NCBI RefSeq assembly: GCF_006345805.1
Contig: NC_043005.1
Location: forward strand, 55,986,001 to 56,050,000
DNA from: Octopus sinensis
Lineage: Eukaryota
Direction of reading: 5' to 3'
Length of the DNA: 64,000 bases
How positions within the stretch are numbered: the first letter of the stretch is position 1; each line of letters starts with the position of its first letter. Shown here in pieces: positions 11,281 to 24,033 of the stretch. Below the pieces are notes generated by a model, which saw nothing but the letters and a program-made list of their open reading frames with translations, was not told the DNA's origin and searched no databases. The position numbers were made by a program, and so were the translations under genes.

Positions 11281-11848
11281 ATGCCCTGATGCAGTACCAG
11301 GCAGTGGTTCTCATGGCTTTTGATCTTAACTGATTTGGAAGTGTTATCATATACATTGTTTTGTCTTAGTATAAAAGATGGGCTACAGCAAGTACTCTGT
11401 TCAATACCACAGATTTCCATGTCAGTTGCTTGACTTTTACCAAGTTGCTTCACTTTAACCAGTTTAGTGGCTAATGACATGTGCATCTCAGATCATTAGC
11501 AGAAGTATTGGGGAGAGCATCATAGTCATATTTTGAGAGGAATTCTTTAGAGTTTGAATAATTCACCTCTGGAAACATGGGTGTTTTGTTCATCATCCTT
11601 AAAACAAACCTTATTCAGGGTGCTTTTGAGCAGGATGGGCTACTCAACCTGAAAAAAAATTATAATTGAGTCCCACCTGCAAGGTCATGTGCTGTTTATC
11701 TTGATATGAGATCACCATGTCACACACGTATGGTTGTGATGCATGTGCCTGGTGTACTTTTATCAGATGGGTAATCATGATGGAAATATTGGGCTTTGTA
11801 TATTTGTACCCAAGTGTCACTTTGATTGCATGCGCTGCTCTTTCACTC
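11281..11848. mobile_element. Non-coding ~560-bp element flanked by (AAT)n on both sides
   Basis: Begins 'atgccctgatgca' and ends 'ctctttcactc'. A second copy with the same ends lies at 24034-24587, also within (AAT)n. Confidence 0.88.
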
Positions 11849-11898
<50 letters not shown>

Positions 11899-11901
<3 letters not shown>

Positions 11902-12402
11902 TGAGTTGGAACCTACATACATTGGCAGCTATGCCAACATTATGGAATAACAACAGAAAAAAGATGGTATAGGCACACACCAGAAAAGGTCACAGAAAAC
12001 GAGAAAGCAACCATACTCTGGGATATGCCGATACACACAGATAGAGAAATTAAGGCCAACAGACTAGATATAGTAGTCAGAGATCATGAAGGGAAAAAAT
12101 GCTTTCTAATTGATGTATCAATACCGGCAGATGACAACGTGTCTAAAATTCCTATCATAGTAGGTGCATTAGGCATGATAAAAAAATATTCAGACAAAAC
12201 ATAACAAAAACACCAGGACTTACAAACACTATATAACATACAGAAAATTGCACTACTAGGCACTGCACACAATCCTATGAAGAACACTTTCCATACAATA
12301 AACCATAGAGCATCACAACAAATCACAGCACATACCCAAGGCACACAGAGCTGCGCTCGGTAGTGAAGTGAATGAAAGCACACTATAAAAATAAAACTAC
12401 TG
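11899..12402 (+). mobile_element. 5'-truncated Dong/R4-type non-LTR retrotransposon (RLE domain), internally deleted
   Basis: Frame GTYIHWQLCQHYG...ILWDMPIHTDREIKANRLDIVVRDHEGKKCFLIDVSIPADDNVS/KIPIIVGALGMIKKYSDK. Flanked by (AAT)n at both ends. Confidence 0.88.
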
Positions 12403-12645
12403 AATAATAATAATAATAACAATAATAATAATATAAACAATGATAATTCAGAGCGAGTTATAAAACAGTAGCGGTAACACATTGTGTTGCATATTTGCCA
12501 TTTGAATATGGCTAACCCATAAGGGTGGATGCTACTGTAGTTTGTAGCCCAGGAAGATATCTCTCTCAGCTGGCTATAGACACACTATCTGTTGCCTGTC
12601 AGTATTTGTGAAGGGGAGTCATCCTCCCGTCTTCAACACATGATA

Positions 12646-12689
12646 CACATGTACCCGAGTTCAAGGTGTTTACCTTTCATCAGCGTATG
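12646..12689 (-). ncRNA. Type I hammerhead ribozyme motif, copy with 1-nt deletion (GAAC instead of GAAAC)
   Basis: catacg-CTGATGA-aaggt/aaac/acctt-GAA-ctcgggTA-catgtg. Duplicate of 13965-14009. Confidence 0.6.
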
Positions 12690-12886
12690 ACAATCATGGT
12701 TGTCGATGAGAAGTCAGATCCTTCACAAATACAATATATATATATATATAATCAATATTTATAATACGAGTATAATTTTAATTAGGGTTCAGCAAAGAAC
12801 TTTAGAAATAGCAGCCAAAGAACCTTAGCTATTTCTTCTACTATAAGAAGAGACTCCCGGACATACATACATACATACATTCATAC

Positions 12887-12930
<44 letters not shown>

Positions 12931-12933
12931 TAA

Positions 12934-12965
<32 letters not shown>

Positions 12966-13184
12966 AGAGCATTTTTAAGCCAGCCCGTCATATTCCCGTT
13001 TGTCAGGCCGAAGAACGAAATGTTCCCAAGATAAGAGAGTCTTTCTAATCTAATGTTGTGGTTTGAGCTGTTATTATTTATTATTATTACTATTATTAGT
13101 AGTATTAGTATTGTCCCTTTGATCCTCGGTCGAAAATTTGCTTATTATTATTATTATTATTATTATTATATTATTATTATTATA

Positions 13185-13440
13185 TTACTATTTTCAGCTT
13201 CGCCTTGTATTGCATATTATTTCTCCATACAGGGGTTTTTTCAATGGCGGCCCATTTTCGCGGGGTTCCACTATTTCCCTTCTCTCTCTCCCTCTTTTAC
13301 GTTGTCTGCCATCCCCCCTCTTCCTTTGCTAAGAGCATTTTTAAGCCAGCCCGTCATATTCCCGTGTCAGGCCGAAGAACGAAATGTTCCCAAGATAAAG
13401 AGAGTCTTTCTAATCTAATGTTGTGGTTGAGCTGTTTATT
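13185..13440 (-). mobile_element. Degenerate RTE-type LINE 3' end with (TAA)n tail
   Basis: Noisy translation IRKTLLSWEH...GLKMLLAKEEGDGRQR resembles the RTE C-terminal IRKRQL..GH...GK.EG.R.RGRQR pattern. Confidence 0.4.
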
Positions 13441-13964
13441 ATTTATTATTAGGAAAAACAGAAACAATTCCATATCATAGTAGGTGAGCATTAGGCATGA
13501 TAAAAAAATATTCGACAATTACATAACAAAAAACACCAGGACTTACAAACCATATAACATACAGAAAATTGCCACTACAGGCACTGCACACATCCTAGCA
13601 GAACACTTCCATACAATAACCATCGAGCATCACAACAAATCACAGCACATACCAAGGGCACACAGAGCTGCGCTCGGTAGTGAAGTGATGAAAGCCCACA
13701 CTTATAAAAATAAAATACTGAACTAATAATAATAATAACAATAATAATATAAACAATGATAAATCTCAGAGCGAGTTATAAACAGTAGCGGTAACACATT
13801 GTGTTGCATATTTGCCATTTGAATATGGCTAACCCATAAGGGTGGATGCTACTGTAGTTTGTAGCCCCAGGAAGATATCTCCTCCAGCTGGCTATAGACA
13901 CACTATCTGTGTCCTGTCAGTATTTGTGAAGGGGAGTCATCCTCCCCGTCTTCAACACATGATA

Positions 13965-14009
13965 CACATGTACCCGAGTTTCAAGGTGTTTACCTTTCAT
14001 CAGCGTGTG
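13965..14009 (-). ncRNA. Type I hammerhead ribozyme motif with intact core (GUA cleavage triplet)
   Basis: cacacg-CTGATGA(14003-13997)-aaggt/aaac/acctt-GAAA(13982-13979)-c/tcgg/g-TA-catgtg. Helix I has one C.A mismatch. Predicted cut between 13971 and 13970. Confidence 0.8.
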
Positions 14010-14300
14010 ACAATCATGGTTGTCGATGAGAAGTCAGATCCCTTCACAAATACAATATATATATATATATATATAATCAATATTTTATAATTACGAGTAT
14101 AATTTTAATTAGGGTTCAGCAAAGAAACTTTAGAAATAGCAGCAAAGAACCTTAGCTATTTCTTCTACTATAAGAAGAGACTCCCGGGACATATACATAC
14201 ATACATTCATAACATACATACATACATATTATATTAATATATAATATATTGGTATATATAAAGCTATTAATATATTATATATTATATATTTATATATAAA

Positions 14301-14338
<38 letters not shown>

Positions 14339-14684
14339 TATATATATAATATTACATACATACATATATAAATATATATTACATTATATTATATATATAC
14401 ATACTATATACATATGGCCGAAACAGCTGTAAGATGTAGTCTATATTTATTTTATGTGTACTTATATTTATATTCTCTTATACATATTCTATTATTGTAT
14501 AACATAATCTTTTATGTACCTCTTTATGTACACTGTTTTGCTCTACATTATTATGTTTAACCTTATAGTTTCTTATGTGGTGGTTTAATAAAGTATGTGA
14601 TTGAGTATTATCTGGTAATGATATTTGATTTCGATGTATTTCTCCATTTTCTTATTTTGTACATATATAATATATATATATATA

Positions 14685-14727
<43 letters not shown>

Positions 14728-14770
14728 ATATATAGATATACATATATATATGCATGTATGTATGTATAAC

Positions 14771-14801
<31 letters not shown>

Positions 14802-15979
14802 AGCAGCAGCAATGGTAAAGGCTTTTGTTGATAGTTGTTGTTGTAGTAGAAACAATAGAGGTAGCTACAGAAACAGCTACAAACCATGAGCAGTAACAAC
14901 AGGCCTGTTTGCCGAAGTATCTTATCTGGAAGAATACTGGCTGGTGCTATTCAAAAGTTGTAGGTGTTTCTGGAGCCATTTATGGAGGAGAAAGTTTAGC
15001 TGAAACTAGCATCAATAAGTAGGTTACTTAGAGAGTCTATTAGCATAAGAGAAAATGACAAAGCGAGAGAAATCATTGGCTAGAACTCAGTCATTGGAAG
15101 ATTAATCGTGTAAACTAGTTTTGTCAGAATGATATTAGTTTCAATTACCCTCACACAGATGCTGTCAAAAAGTTGGCATTGCTTTTCTTTTAAGCTTTGC
15201 TGCCATATGCCGATTGTTAAGTGACTCTGTGCTTTTAGTCTACATCCTTGGTCTACATGATAAGACTAATGGTATCTCTGTCTTACTGTTCAGATGTGTA
15301 CTATAAAACTTATAAAATCAACTACAAGTTTTTGTTTTTTTTTCCTACCCCCTTTTCAGTTTCACTTTAAATGTATTGAATGTATTTAATTTACAATTTT
15401 CTCGACTGAGACATATAGACTTTAAGGCTACATAGTACTATATGCAGCAACTCTTATATAAATTTAGAAGTTGTTGCTATTGTTGTCAAATAGATTAACA
15501 CCGGTCACTTCTACTTCAGCTGAATTCTATTGCCTAGAGCCATTTGATTACAAAAACACACATACATAAGCATTGGATCGATGTTTTTAGCACAGACATT
15601 GATGTATGTGGGTAGAGTGCTTGACTTCCTTAGATTATTCACATTCTTCTAGATATCAGTAAATAAACCTTTTTGATAACATGTCTGAGACTATTTCTGG
15701 TTCCATGATACAAAACTTCTCCTCTTTAAATTTAACCAGCAATTCAATTTGCTTTGAGTTATTAACACTGCTTTGACTAGAAATGCCATCAGTTTGAAAG
15801 CAAGCTTTTATAAAAATATTATGTTCCATCTCTAGATTCTATTATATTTGGAAAATAAAATGTATTTTAATGAACACTGATTTATAATCATTACAATCTC
15901 ATAGAAGAATTTATTGTTATGTTCCAAACACCACTTTAATAAATGTTTCTAACATAGAAGGTTTGAAATTTAGGGGATC

Positions 15980-16251
15980 TTTTATCTTTTATCTTTTATT
16001 TGTTTCAGTTTTTGGACTGCAGCCATTCTGGGACACCACCTTGAAGAAATTTCAGTCAACAGAATTGGATCCAGCACTATCTTTTTTAATTTTTTTTTCT
16101 TTTTTCAGGCCTAGAAACTATTCTATCTGTCTCTTTTTGGCAATATGCTAAGTTTCAGGGACGTAAACAGTTATCAAGCACACTGGTGGGGGATAAACAC
16201 AGACACAAAGACACACACAGACATGCACATCCAAACACATGCATGCACATG

Positions 16252-16294
<43 letters not shown>

Positions 16295-16445
16295 CAAGCT
16301 TCTTTCAGATTCCATCTACCAAATCCTCTCACAAGGCCTGAGGATATAGAAGAAGGCACTTGCCCAAGTTGCCATGCAGTGGGATTGAACCCAAAACCAT
16401 GTGGTTGAGAAAGAAACTTCTTACCATACATCCATACCTGCACCT
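15980..16445 (-). mobile_element. SINE family S1
   Basis: Reverse complement of the 2090-2493 type, with an internal (CA)n. Confidence 0.85.
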
Positions 16446-17025
16446 AAGGTGGGAATAATCAATAAGCATATCAACCCCAGTAATTGACTAATACTTCATT
16501 TTATCAACCTCAGACAGATGAAAGGCGGAGTTGACCTCAGCATAAATACTACAAGGTATTTCGCTCAATGATCTAACAATTCTGCCAGCCCACTGGCTTG
16601 TATCAGTTTAATAGTGACATCATCACCATTATCACTTAATGTCTGTTTTCCTTGTTGGCATGGGTTGGACATTTTTAATTGGAGCTTGTAAGACAAAGAC
16701 TTGCACCAGGTTCCATAGTTTGTTTTACCTTGGATTTTCTACCACTGTGTGGCCTTCCTAATGCCAACCACTTTACAAAGTGTACATGTTGCTTTTTATG
16801 TGGCACCAGCATCAATGCTTTTCACATGGTACCAGCACCAGTGCTTTTTGTGTGGCACCAGCACAGTTAGCTATTTTACTAAACTTCTTCAAATTCATTG
16901 TTATTTTAAAAACCAACAAAAACATGTATCCAGGCTATTTAATTCAAAATACACTCACAAAAGGTTATTGAATTTTAAAAAAGGTCTAAAATTCAGCAGT
17001 GCATGACTAACATATAGGAAACAAG

Positions 17026-17374
17026 AAATACCCTCTGCATTTGCTGAACCTCACACCACTAGATTATTTTTACAGGGATACTTAAAAGATAAAGCTGGTT
17101 GTGCAAAAGCAGCAATGGTCAATGTGAATTGATGGCAGGTATTGAATGAGAATGTGCACAAATATTGTATGAAGTATTTCTTGTTATTTGTGATTCCATT
17201 GCTTTGAGTTATCAACACTGCTTTGACCAGAAATGGCATCAGTTTGAAAGCAAGCTTTTATAAAAATATTATGTTCCATCTCTAGATTCTATTATATTTG
17301 GAAAATGAAAATTATTTCAATGAACACTGATTTATAATCATTCAATGTGTGTATACATTTTTTTGGGACACCCT
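17026..17374 (+). mobile_element. Tc1/mariner 3' fragment (related to the DD41D element) with right TIR
   Basis: Decayed frame ...LTPLDY..GYLKDK...ECAQILYEVFLVICDSIALSYQHCFDQKWHQFES aligns with the 42.6-43.0 kb transposase end. TIR 'tgtgtatacattttttt-gggacaccc'. A partial copy lies at 15749-15895. Confidence 0.8.
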
Positions 17375-17494
17375 ACATATATATATATACATATACACAC
17401 ACATACACAGACATACATACATACAAAACATAAAATGAAACATACAAATCTGCTCATATACATACATACATACATACATACATACATACATACA

Positions 17495-17527
<33 letters not shown>

Positions 17528-20500
17528 GTATGTATATAAATGTGTGTGGATATGGTTGTGTCATAGGTGTATGACTGAATTTTCTCTCCCTTATACCAAT
17601 ATCCACTTTGCATTTTACATCTTAAGAGAATGATGAAAGAAAACCTACAACATCCCATAGAATCCCCTTCTTTTTAATGTCATTAGATTATTGATTCAAT
17701 CCCAGAGTTTATGGCATAAAGGGTTATTTCTCACTGCATTTGAAGATGAATGAATTATCATGACAGATTCAAAGAGTAAAATGTGTGAAAAAATAAATAC
17801 ATAAATAAATAAATATTGAAATAATTTTGTTTATGGTTGCAAGTAAAATGAGAATTATTTGATCTGCCAAATGTTTGATTCTTATTCCTTGTGGTGGAAA
17901 TCTTATGATTTCAAATAAAGGAAGAATTATATGGTCTTAGAAACACAGACATTCTTCCCATTACAAAAGTACTGTGTTCCTGAAAATTTTGCCATAATAT
18001 GAAATTCCATAATGTAAAACCTCTATTCCCATCGATTTCTATGTTATAGAACTTCCACTCTGTGTGACATAAAAGTCATTGGAAGAATAAGTTTTGCATC
18101 ATAGAATTTCATATTACAGCAATATTTTCAGAAACATAAGGCTCCCATAGTGAAGGGAAGTTCCAGTAATATGATCCTGTTCCTTGTGAGACCATCTTAA
18201 CAGTATTGTATGTCCTTGAGCAAAGTAATTTACTGGGACCACTAAATACACAAATGCAGCAATCATAGATTAACAATAGGCCCCCTAAAATCCATAGGGC
18301 CTCTAGTGTGCCCATCCAGTGTGCCCATCCTTGCAGTTGAAATTTTCCTGCTCCCTTTTTTTTAGGTTCATTCTATCTGTCTGTACAGAAGAGAGTCATT
18401 CCTGCAATAAGTATTGGTTTCATCTTCGTCCACAAAAAAAACTATGCATGTAGATTTATAACAACTTTTTAAATACATACAAAGTAGATAAATCTTGATA
18501 GAATTATTAGAGTTCCACAAAAAATGCTGTATCTGAGTTGGAAACTTACTCTGTTGCCTGGTTTTGTACCACCCTTGGTTGCCTTTAGCAGACACCACTC
18601 TTCAAGCACTTAGGTTAGAAACCTGGTTGGATAATAGCTTCTTCCCTTCCTTCAAATAATCTTAAGGGCGTTGGAAAGGGTCTTGACACTGACCTCTCTC
18701 CTGACTAAGCAATGAAATAAAATACTGGGAGTTTAAGATAAACCCCACCCTTTTTTGAAGGAGGGTATTTTTTTAAAGGTTAAGATATCATTTTGTATGC
18801 AAGCATACAAAGTATTTCAATATTTCTCCCAAGGTTTTGGTTGTTGTTGTTGATTAACCCAAAGCTTTGTCGTAATCAGGACATTCCAACCATGACTACT
18901 CATTTTATTCAAATGGTGTGTCCAAAATAACATTACTCAATGTGTCATTCCTTGTTTTTAAATGTTAATATTCTACCTATTTTATATTCAAAATGGCCAG
19001 ATCTGGCCTCTCACACCTACCCTACAATGTCATTCTAAAACTAAACAATTACATCATTAAAATCTTGAAGCTAAAAGACAACGCTTAATTAATTGAAAAT
19101 AATGTGAATAAATGAACATTACATTTGACATAGTTATCTGAGTTCCAAAGGGCTAGAGAGGGTTTTAATTCATTTTAGATGTTATCTCTAGCAGATCAAA
19201 AAAACCATCCTCATTGGCTTGATATGTTTTAAGAAAGTGGCACTGGGTTCTGCTACTGGCTGTATCACATGGGTACCAAGGCAGTGAAATGACACAGTTG
19301 TAAGAGTGTTGGATAGAATACACTGTGATATTTGTTCCATTTAACAGCATTCTGAGTTCAAATCACACCAAGGTAAACATTGCCTTTCATCTTTTTGGGA
19401 GTTGGTTACAAAAAAGCAGTAGCAATCAAGAGTTATGGGTTGCCAGAACTATTAGTGGAGTGTTCAAACAGCAATACCTTCTAATGTCCTGGGGCCAAAT
19501 TATATTGACCCAAGTCTGTAGTCTTTCCTTTGGATAATCATCAGTGGCAGAGAGAAAGGAGATTTGCATGTTTGGGCAACTGCAAGTCTGCCTTAAAAAA
19601 TCTTGCTCAAGCTTGCATATACATGCACAAATTCATGGTAAACATTGACCATTGGAGGCCTTACATAAGGATACCAATAAATAAAGTTAACAGAGTAAAG
19701 TTCATCCATTCATTATGCTTACACATCAGTCTTCATCAAGGAAGGTTTTAGCCAATTGTCAGTAAATCCCACAGTACTGCAAATAGAAGCCAATTGAGCT
19801 CACTGATTATATCTGATATCAAGAACACCAATTAATTATGATTCTATCAAGGTATCATATATGAAGAAGGAACAGATATCAGCACAAGATATAACTTGAT
19901 CGTGCTTTAGCTATTACTGTTGTGATAGTTGAACTTCAAAGGCAGCGAGCTGGCAGAAACGTTAGCACGCTGGGTGAAATGCTTAGCGGTATTGCGTCTG
20001 CTGTTATGTTCTGAGTTCAAATTCCACCACGGTCAACTTTGCTTTTCATCCTTTCGGGGTCGATTAAATAAGTACCAGTTACGCACTGGGGTCGATATAA
20101 TTGACTTAATCCGTATGTCTGTCCTTGTTTGTCCCCTTTGTGTTTAGCCCCTTGTGGGTAGTAAAGAAATAGCTATTTTGTCTGTCTTTACATTCTGAGT
20201 TCAAATTTCACTGAGGTCAACTTTGCCTTTCATCTTTTCAGGTCAAGCACCAGTTGCGTACTGGGGTTGATCTAATCAACTGGACCCTCCCCAAAAATGT
20301 TGGGCCTTGTGCCTAGAGTAGAAAAAAATAGTTGAACTTCATATTGAAGCTAACAAAATACTCACCTTAACAGTTATATCACTGATTACCACAGTTAGCT
20401 GCACCATATTATGGTCCCTAGTTATTTATTGCTAACAGAGTTTATTTTGCTAAACTTCTTCAAATTCTTTGTTATCGTAAAAAATAAATAAAATGTGTAC

Positions 20501-21249
20501 ACAAATTATTTCATCAAAAATATCATTAAATAACATTATTGAATTTAAAAAGAGGCATTGTAGTTCATTGACATAGTGTACTACAAGAGATATGATATGA
20601 CAGCTAATTCTTTAGTAATCTTTCACCACTCAATCAAGTCAGCCAACAGTAGCTCACAAACTTCAAAAACTATTTCAAAACTTCCCTGGTTAAAGACAAA
20701 AAATAAAGATATATTTTGTATTCTATTTCAAACAAAGGCAACAAACTGGCAGACTTGTTAATGCATTAGATAAACTACCTCATGGTATTTCTTCTGGCTT
20801 TCTGCCCTCTCAGCTCTAATACTGCCAAGGTCAACTTTGCTTTTTGCTCTTTCACTATCAATAAAAGCATATCAAGCTACAATGATGAGTTGGTGAAACA
20901 CTTAGAGTGCCAGATAAGATGGCTTGCAGTATCTTTTCCAGTACTTTTGTGTTCTAACAGCAGAATCTATGGTGGCTCTGGTGCCAAGCTGAATCAACTC
21001 TTGGACAACATCAGTGGGATGGAGGTAGGAGACTTGCAGGCATGCACAGCCAAATGCAAGTCATCTACTAAAATCCATTCCCTGGATTGGACATAGAAAT
21101 GTAGATATATGGTCAATTATGACTGACAGAAGCTCCTAACTGCCAAACTAATTTGGGGTTTCATTTATGCTTGGACAAGACACTAGATTTATTGAAAGTT
21201 TTTTCTCTTAATAATAGGTGTTTAATTAGAAATGAAATATTTTTTTATG

Positions 21250-21558
21250 ATTCCTGTGCCAGTGGCATGTAAAAATCACCATCCAAATGTGGTCGATGCC
21301 AGTGTTGCTTTGACTGGCTTCTGTGCCGGTGGCACATAAAAAGCACCAACTGATCATGGCCGTTGCCAGCTAACCCTGGAACCTGTGCCAGTGGCACGTA
21401 AAAAGCACCCACTACACTCACGGAGTGGTTGACGTTAGGAAAGGCATCCAGCTGTAGAAATTCTGGCAGATAAGATTGGAGCTTGGTGCAGCCATCTGGT
21501 TCGCCAGTCCTCAGTCAAATCGTCCAACCCATGCTAGCATGGAAAGCGGACGTTAAAC

Positions 21559-21590
<32 letters not shown>
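21250..21590 (+). mobile_element. RTE 3'-UTR-type element with (GAT)n tail
   Basis: Same gtggcac units and tail as 5870-6405. Further copies at 16640-16870(-), 23580-23990(-), 27190-27400(+), 42200-42525(+), 52375-52775(-) and 60765-60985(+). Confidence 0.85.
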
Positions 21591-21592
<2 letters not shown>

Positions 21593-22121
21593 CTATATTT
21601 GAAGAAACAATCTTGGATTATCACTGAATTCCTACAAAGGATACTTCATGAAGTTGTTCAACCTTATAGAAATACCAGTCAAACTCCTGTAAATCAAACC
21701 TTACTGTTTTAAAAAAATGATTTATCAAAAAACAAGGTCCCTGATCTATAAAAATACCTAATGGTTATAGTTGAAATGTAGTGGATTATAGGTTCACTCA
21801 GTCAGGATTGACCTGAGGCTAACAAACAAGAACAAGAACAGTAACAATGACAACAATGACAGCAACAGCAACAGCAATAACAATAACAACATTATTTATT
21901 AGTTTGAATGCTCTAAAAAACATCCTGTTAGCTCATTGATGTTTGCATTTTCTCATAAGCATAACAAATAAATACAAACATCTTATCAGTGTTTTCTCAA
22001 GGACTGACTACATGAATAAAACACATGCACCTGCGTGCACATGTATACACACAGACACACAAAGACACACACACATACGCACATACATACATACACACAC
22101 ATACATACATACATACATACA

Positions 22122-22153
<32 letters not shown>

Positions 22154-24033
22154 CATACAAACATACATACATACATACATACATACATGTACAAGAAAAA
22201 AAAACTTGTTTGCTCTACAATACCAAAGAAATGAATGCTTAAAAGCTTTAATGTATCATAAGAAAAAAATAATCTAATTGAGTCAGCTAAATTTTCGAAA
22301 TAAATAAATACATTAATGTTCTTCTAAAACCCAATCCTTAAAATTTCCCCAATTTCTGACTATTTTCTTACATATACTCACTTGCAGAGATAGGTATGAA
22401 CAATTTAGAGTTAATTTGTATTTTACATACCAAATTTATTACTTGCTTATCTTAGTTGTACATATGTTTTTTTTTGTTTTGTTTTTATTTCTTATTTCAT
22501 TTTTTATTTCATTTTGTTAACCAAGCCACATAACTTCATTGAAATACAGCAGTCAGTATACCTGCTGTCTCTTCTCTAAAGATACTAACTATCCTCCTTT
22601 TTTTCTCTTCTTTTTTTGAGACCAGATTTTTATATGTAGATTTAAATTTTATGTTTCTTTTCTCTCTTTCAACTTGGGAAACAATGCTTAGCATTATTCA
22701 TTATATTTTAATACACAACTAATCTCTATTGTGGGCAAATCAACAAGTAACAACAGTTAAGATTATGACAGTGATAAAAGTAATAACAATAATAATCCTT
22801 TCTATTATAAGGTGGTGAGCTGGCAGAATCATTAGCACGCCAGGCGAAATGCTTAGCGGTATTTTGTCTGTCTTTACGTTCTGAGTTCAAATTCCGCCGG
22901 GGTCGACTTTGCCTTTCATCCTTTCAGAGTCAATTAAATAAGTACCAGTTACGCACTGGGGTCAATGTAATCAACTTAATCCCTTTGCTTGTCCGTGTTT
23001 GTCCCCTCTAAGTTTAGCCCCTTGTGGGTAGTAAAGAAATAAATAATAATCCTTTCTACTATAGGCACAAGAGCCAGAAAAGTTGGGAAAGGAGGTGGGG
23101 GCTAATTGATTACATCGACCCCAGTACTCAACTAGTACTTATTTCATCGACCCTGAAAGGATAAAAAGCAAAGTTGACCATGGCAGAAATTGAACTCAGA
23201 ACATAAAGATGAATGAAATGCCGCTAACTATTTTGTCTAGGGTGCTAATGATTCTATCCACTCATCACCTTATCTATCTTATAATAATCCTTTCTATTAA
23301 TAGGCACAAGGCTTGAAATTTTGGAGGAGGAGATAAAATAATTACATTGACCTTCAGTCACTAGCATAGCTAGAGTGTGCTGCCCAGAGCAGCCCTTCTA
23401 TTTGCCACCCCACGACCCCACAAAAAAACACATTGCCTACAGCAGACCCAACAGTGCTGCCCTTTAAAAGTGCTGTCCAGGGCAGACTTCCCTTACTGTC
23501 CCCAACTCTGCAAAGTGTTTTGTACAACTCACTAATGATTCAATCAGCTCATAGCATGATCATTATCATCCTTTTCGTCATCCTCCTCCTTTAATGCCCG
23601 CTTTTTTTATGCTGGTATGGATTGGACAGTTTCACCAGAGCTGGCAGGCTGGAGAGCTGCACCAGATTCCAGTTTGATTTGGTTTGGTTTCTACAGCTGG
23701 ATGCTTTTCCTAATGCCAACCACTTTACAAAATTTGCCAGGTACCTTTAACATGGCACCATGATTGCTTTTGCATAGTACCGATATGAGTGTTTTTTATG
23801 TGGTACTGGCACAGGACTTTTGCAGGCCAATCCTTTTTCACCAAGGTGAATGGCCTTAATGCTTCTGCTGTGGAGGGCAGGTCTTCTTAAGTACAGCAAG
23901 GCATCAGGTATCTTGATGCTTTGTCATCTTGTCTGAGAGGTTCAGCATTCAGATGTCATCCTTCCGCAGCCTTGATGATGATGATGATAATAATAATTAT
24001 AATAATAATTATAATAATAATAATAATAATAAT

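Larger units (their letters stand above)
12147..14220. repeat. Local duplication: 12147-~12900 vs 13465-~14220, and 12963-13090 vs 13330-13450
   Basis: Colinear copies differing mostly by single-base indels. Confidence 0.93.

Noticed and set aside
15000-15250. Minus-strand open segments QGCRLKAQSHLTIGIWQQ... and LNFLLHKWLQKHLQLL
   Set aside because: The phases can be joined, but the acceptor and donor sites are weak. Not enough support.
22562-22694. Minus-strand K/E/R-rich frame ending at CAG|gtatac
   Set aside because: A-rich low-complexity sequence opens frames by chance, and the acceptor is poor.
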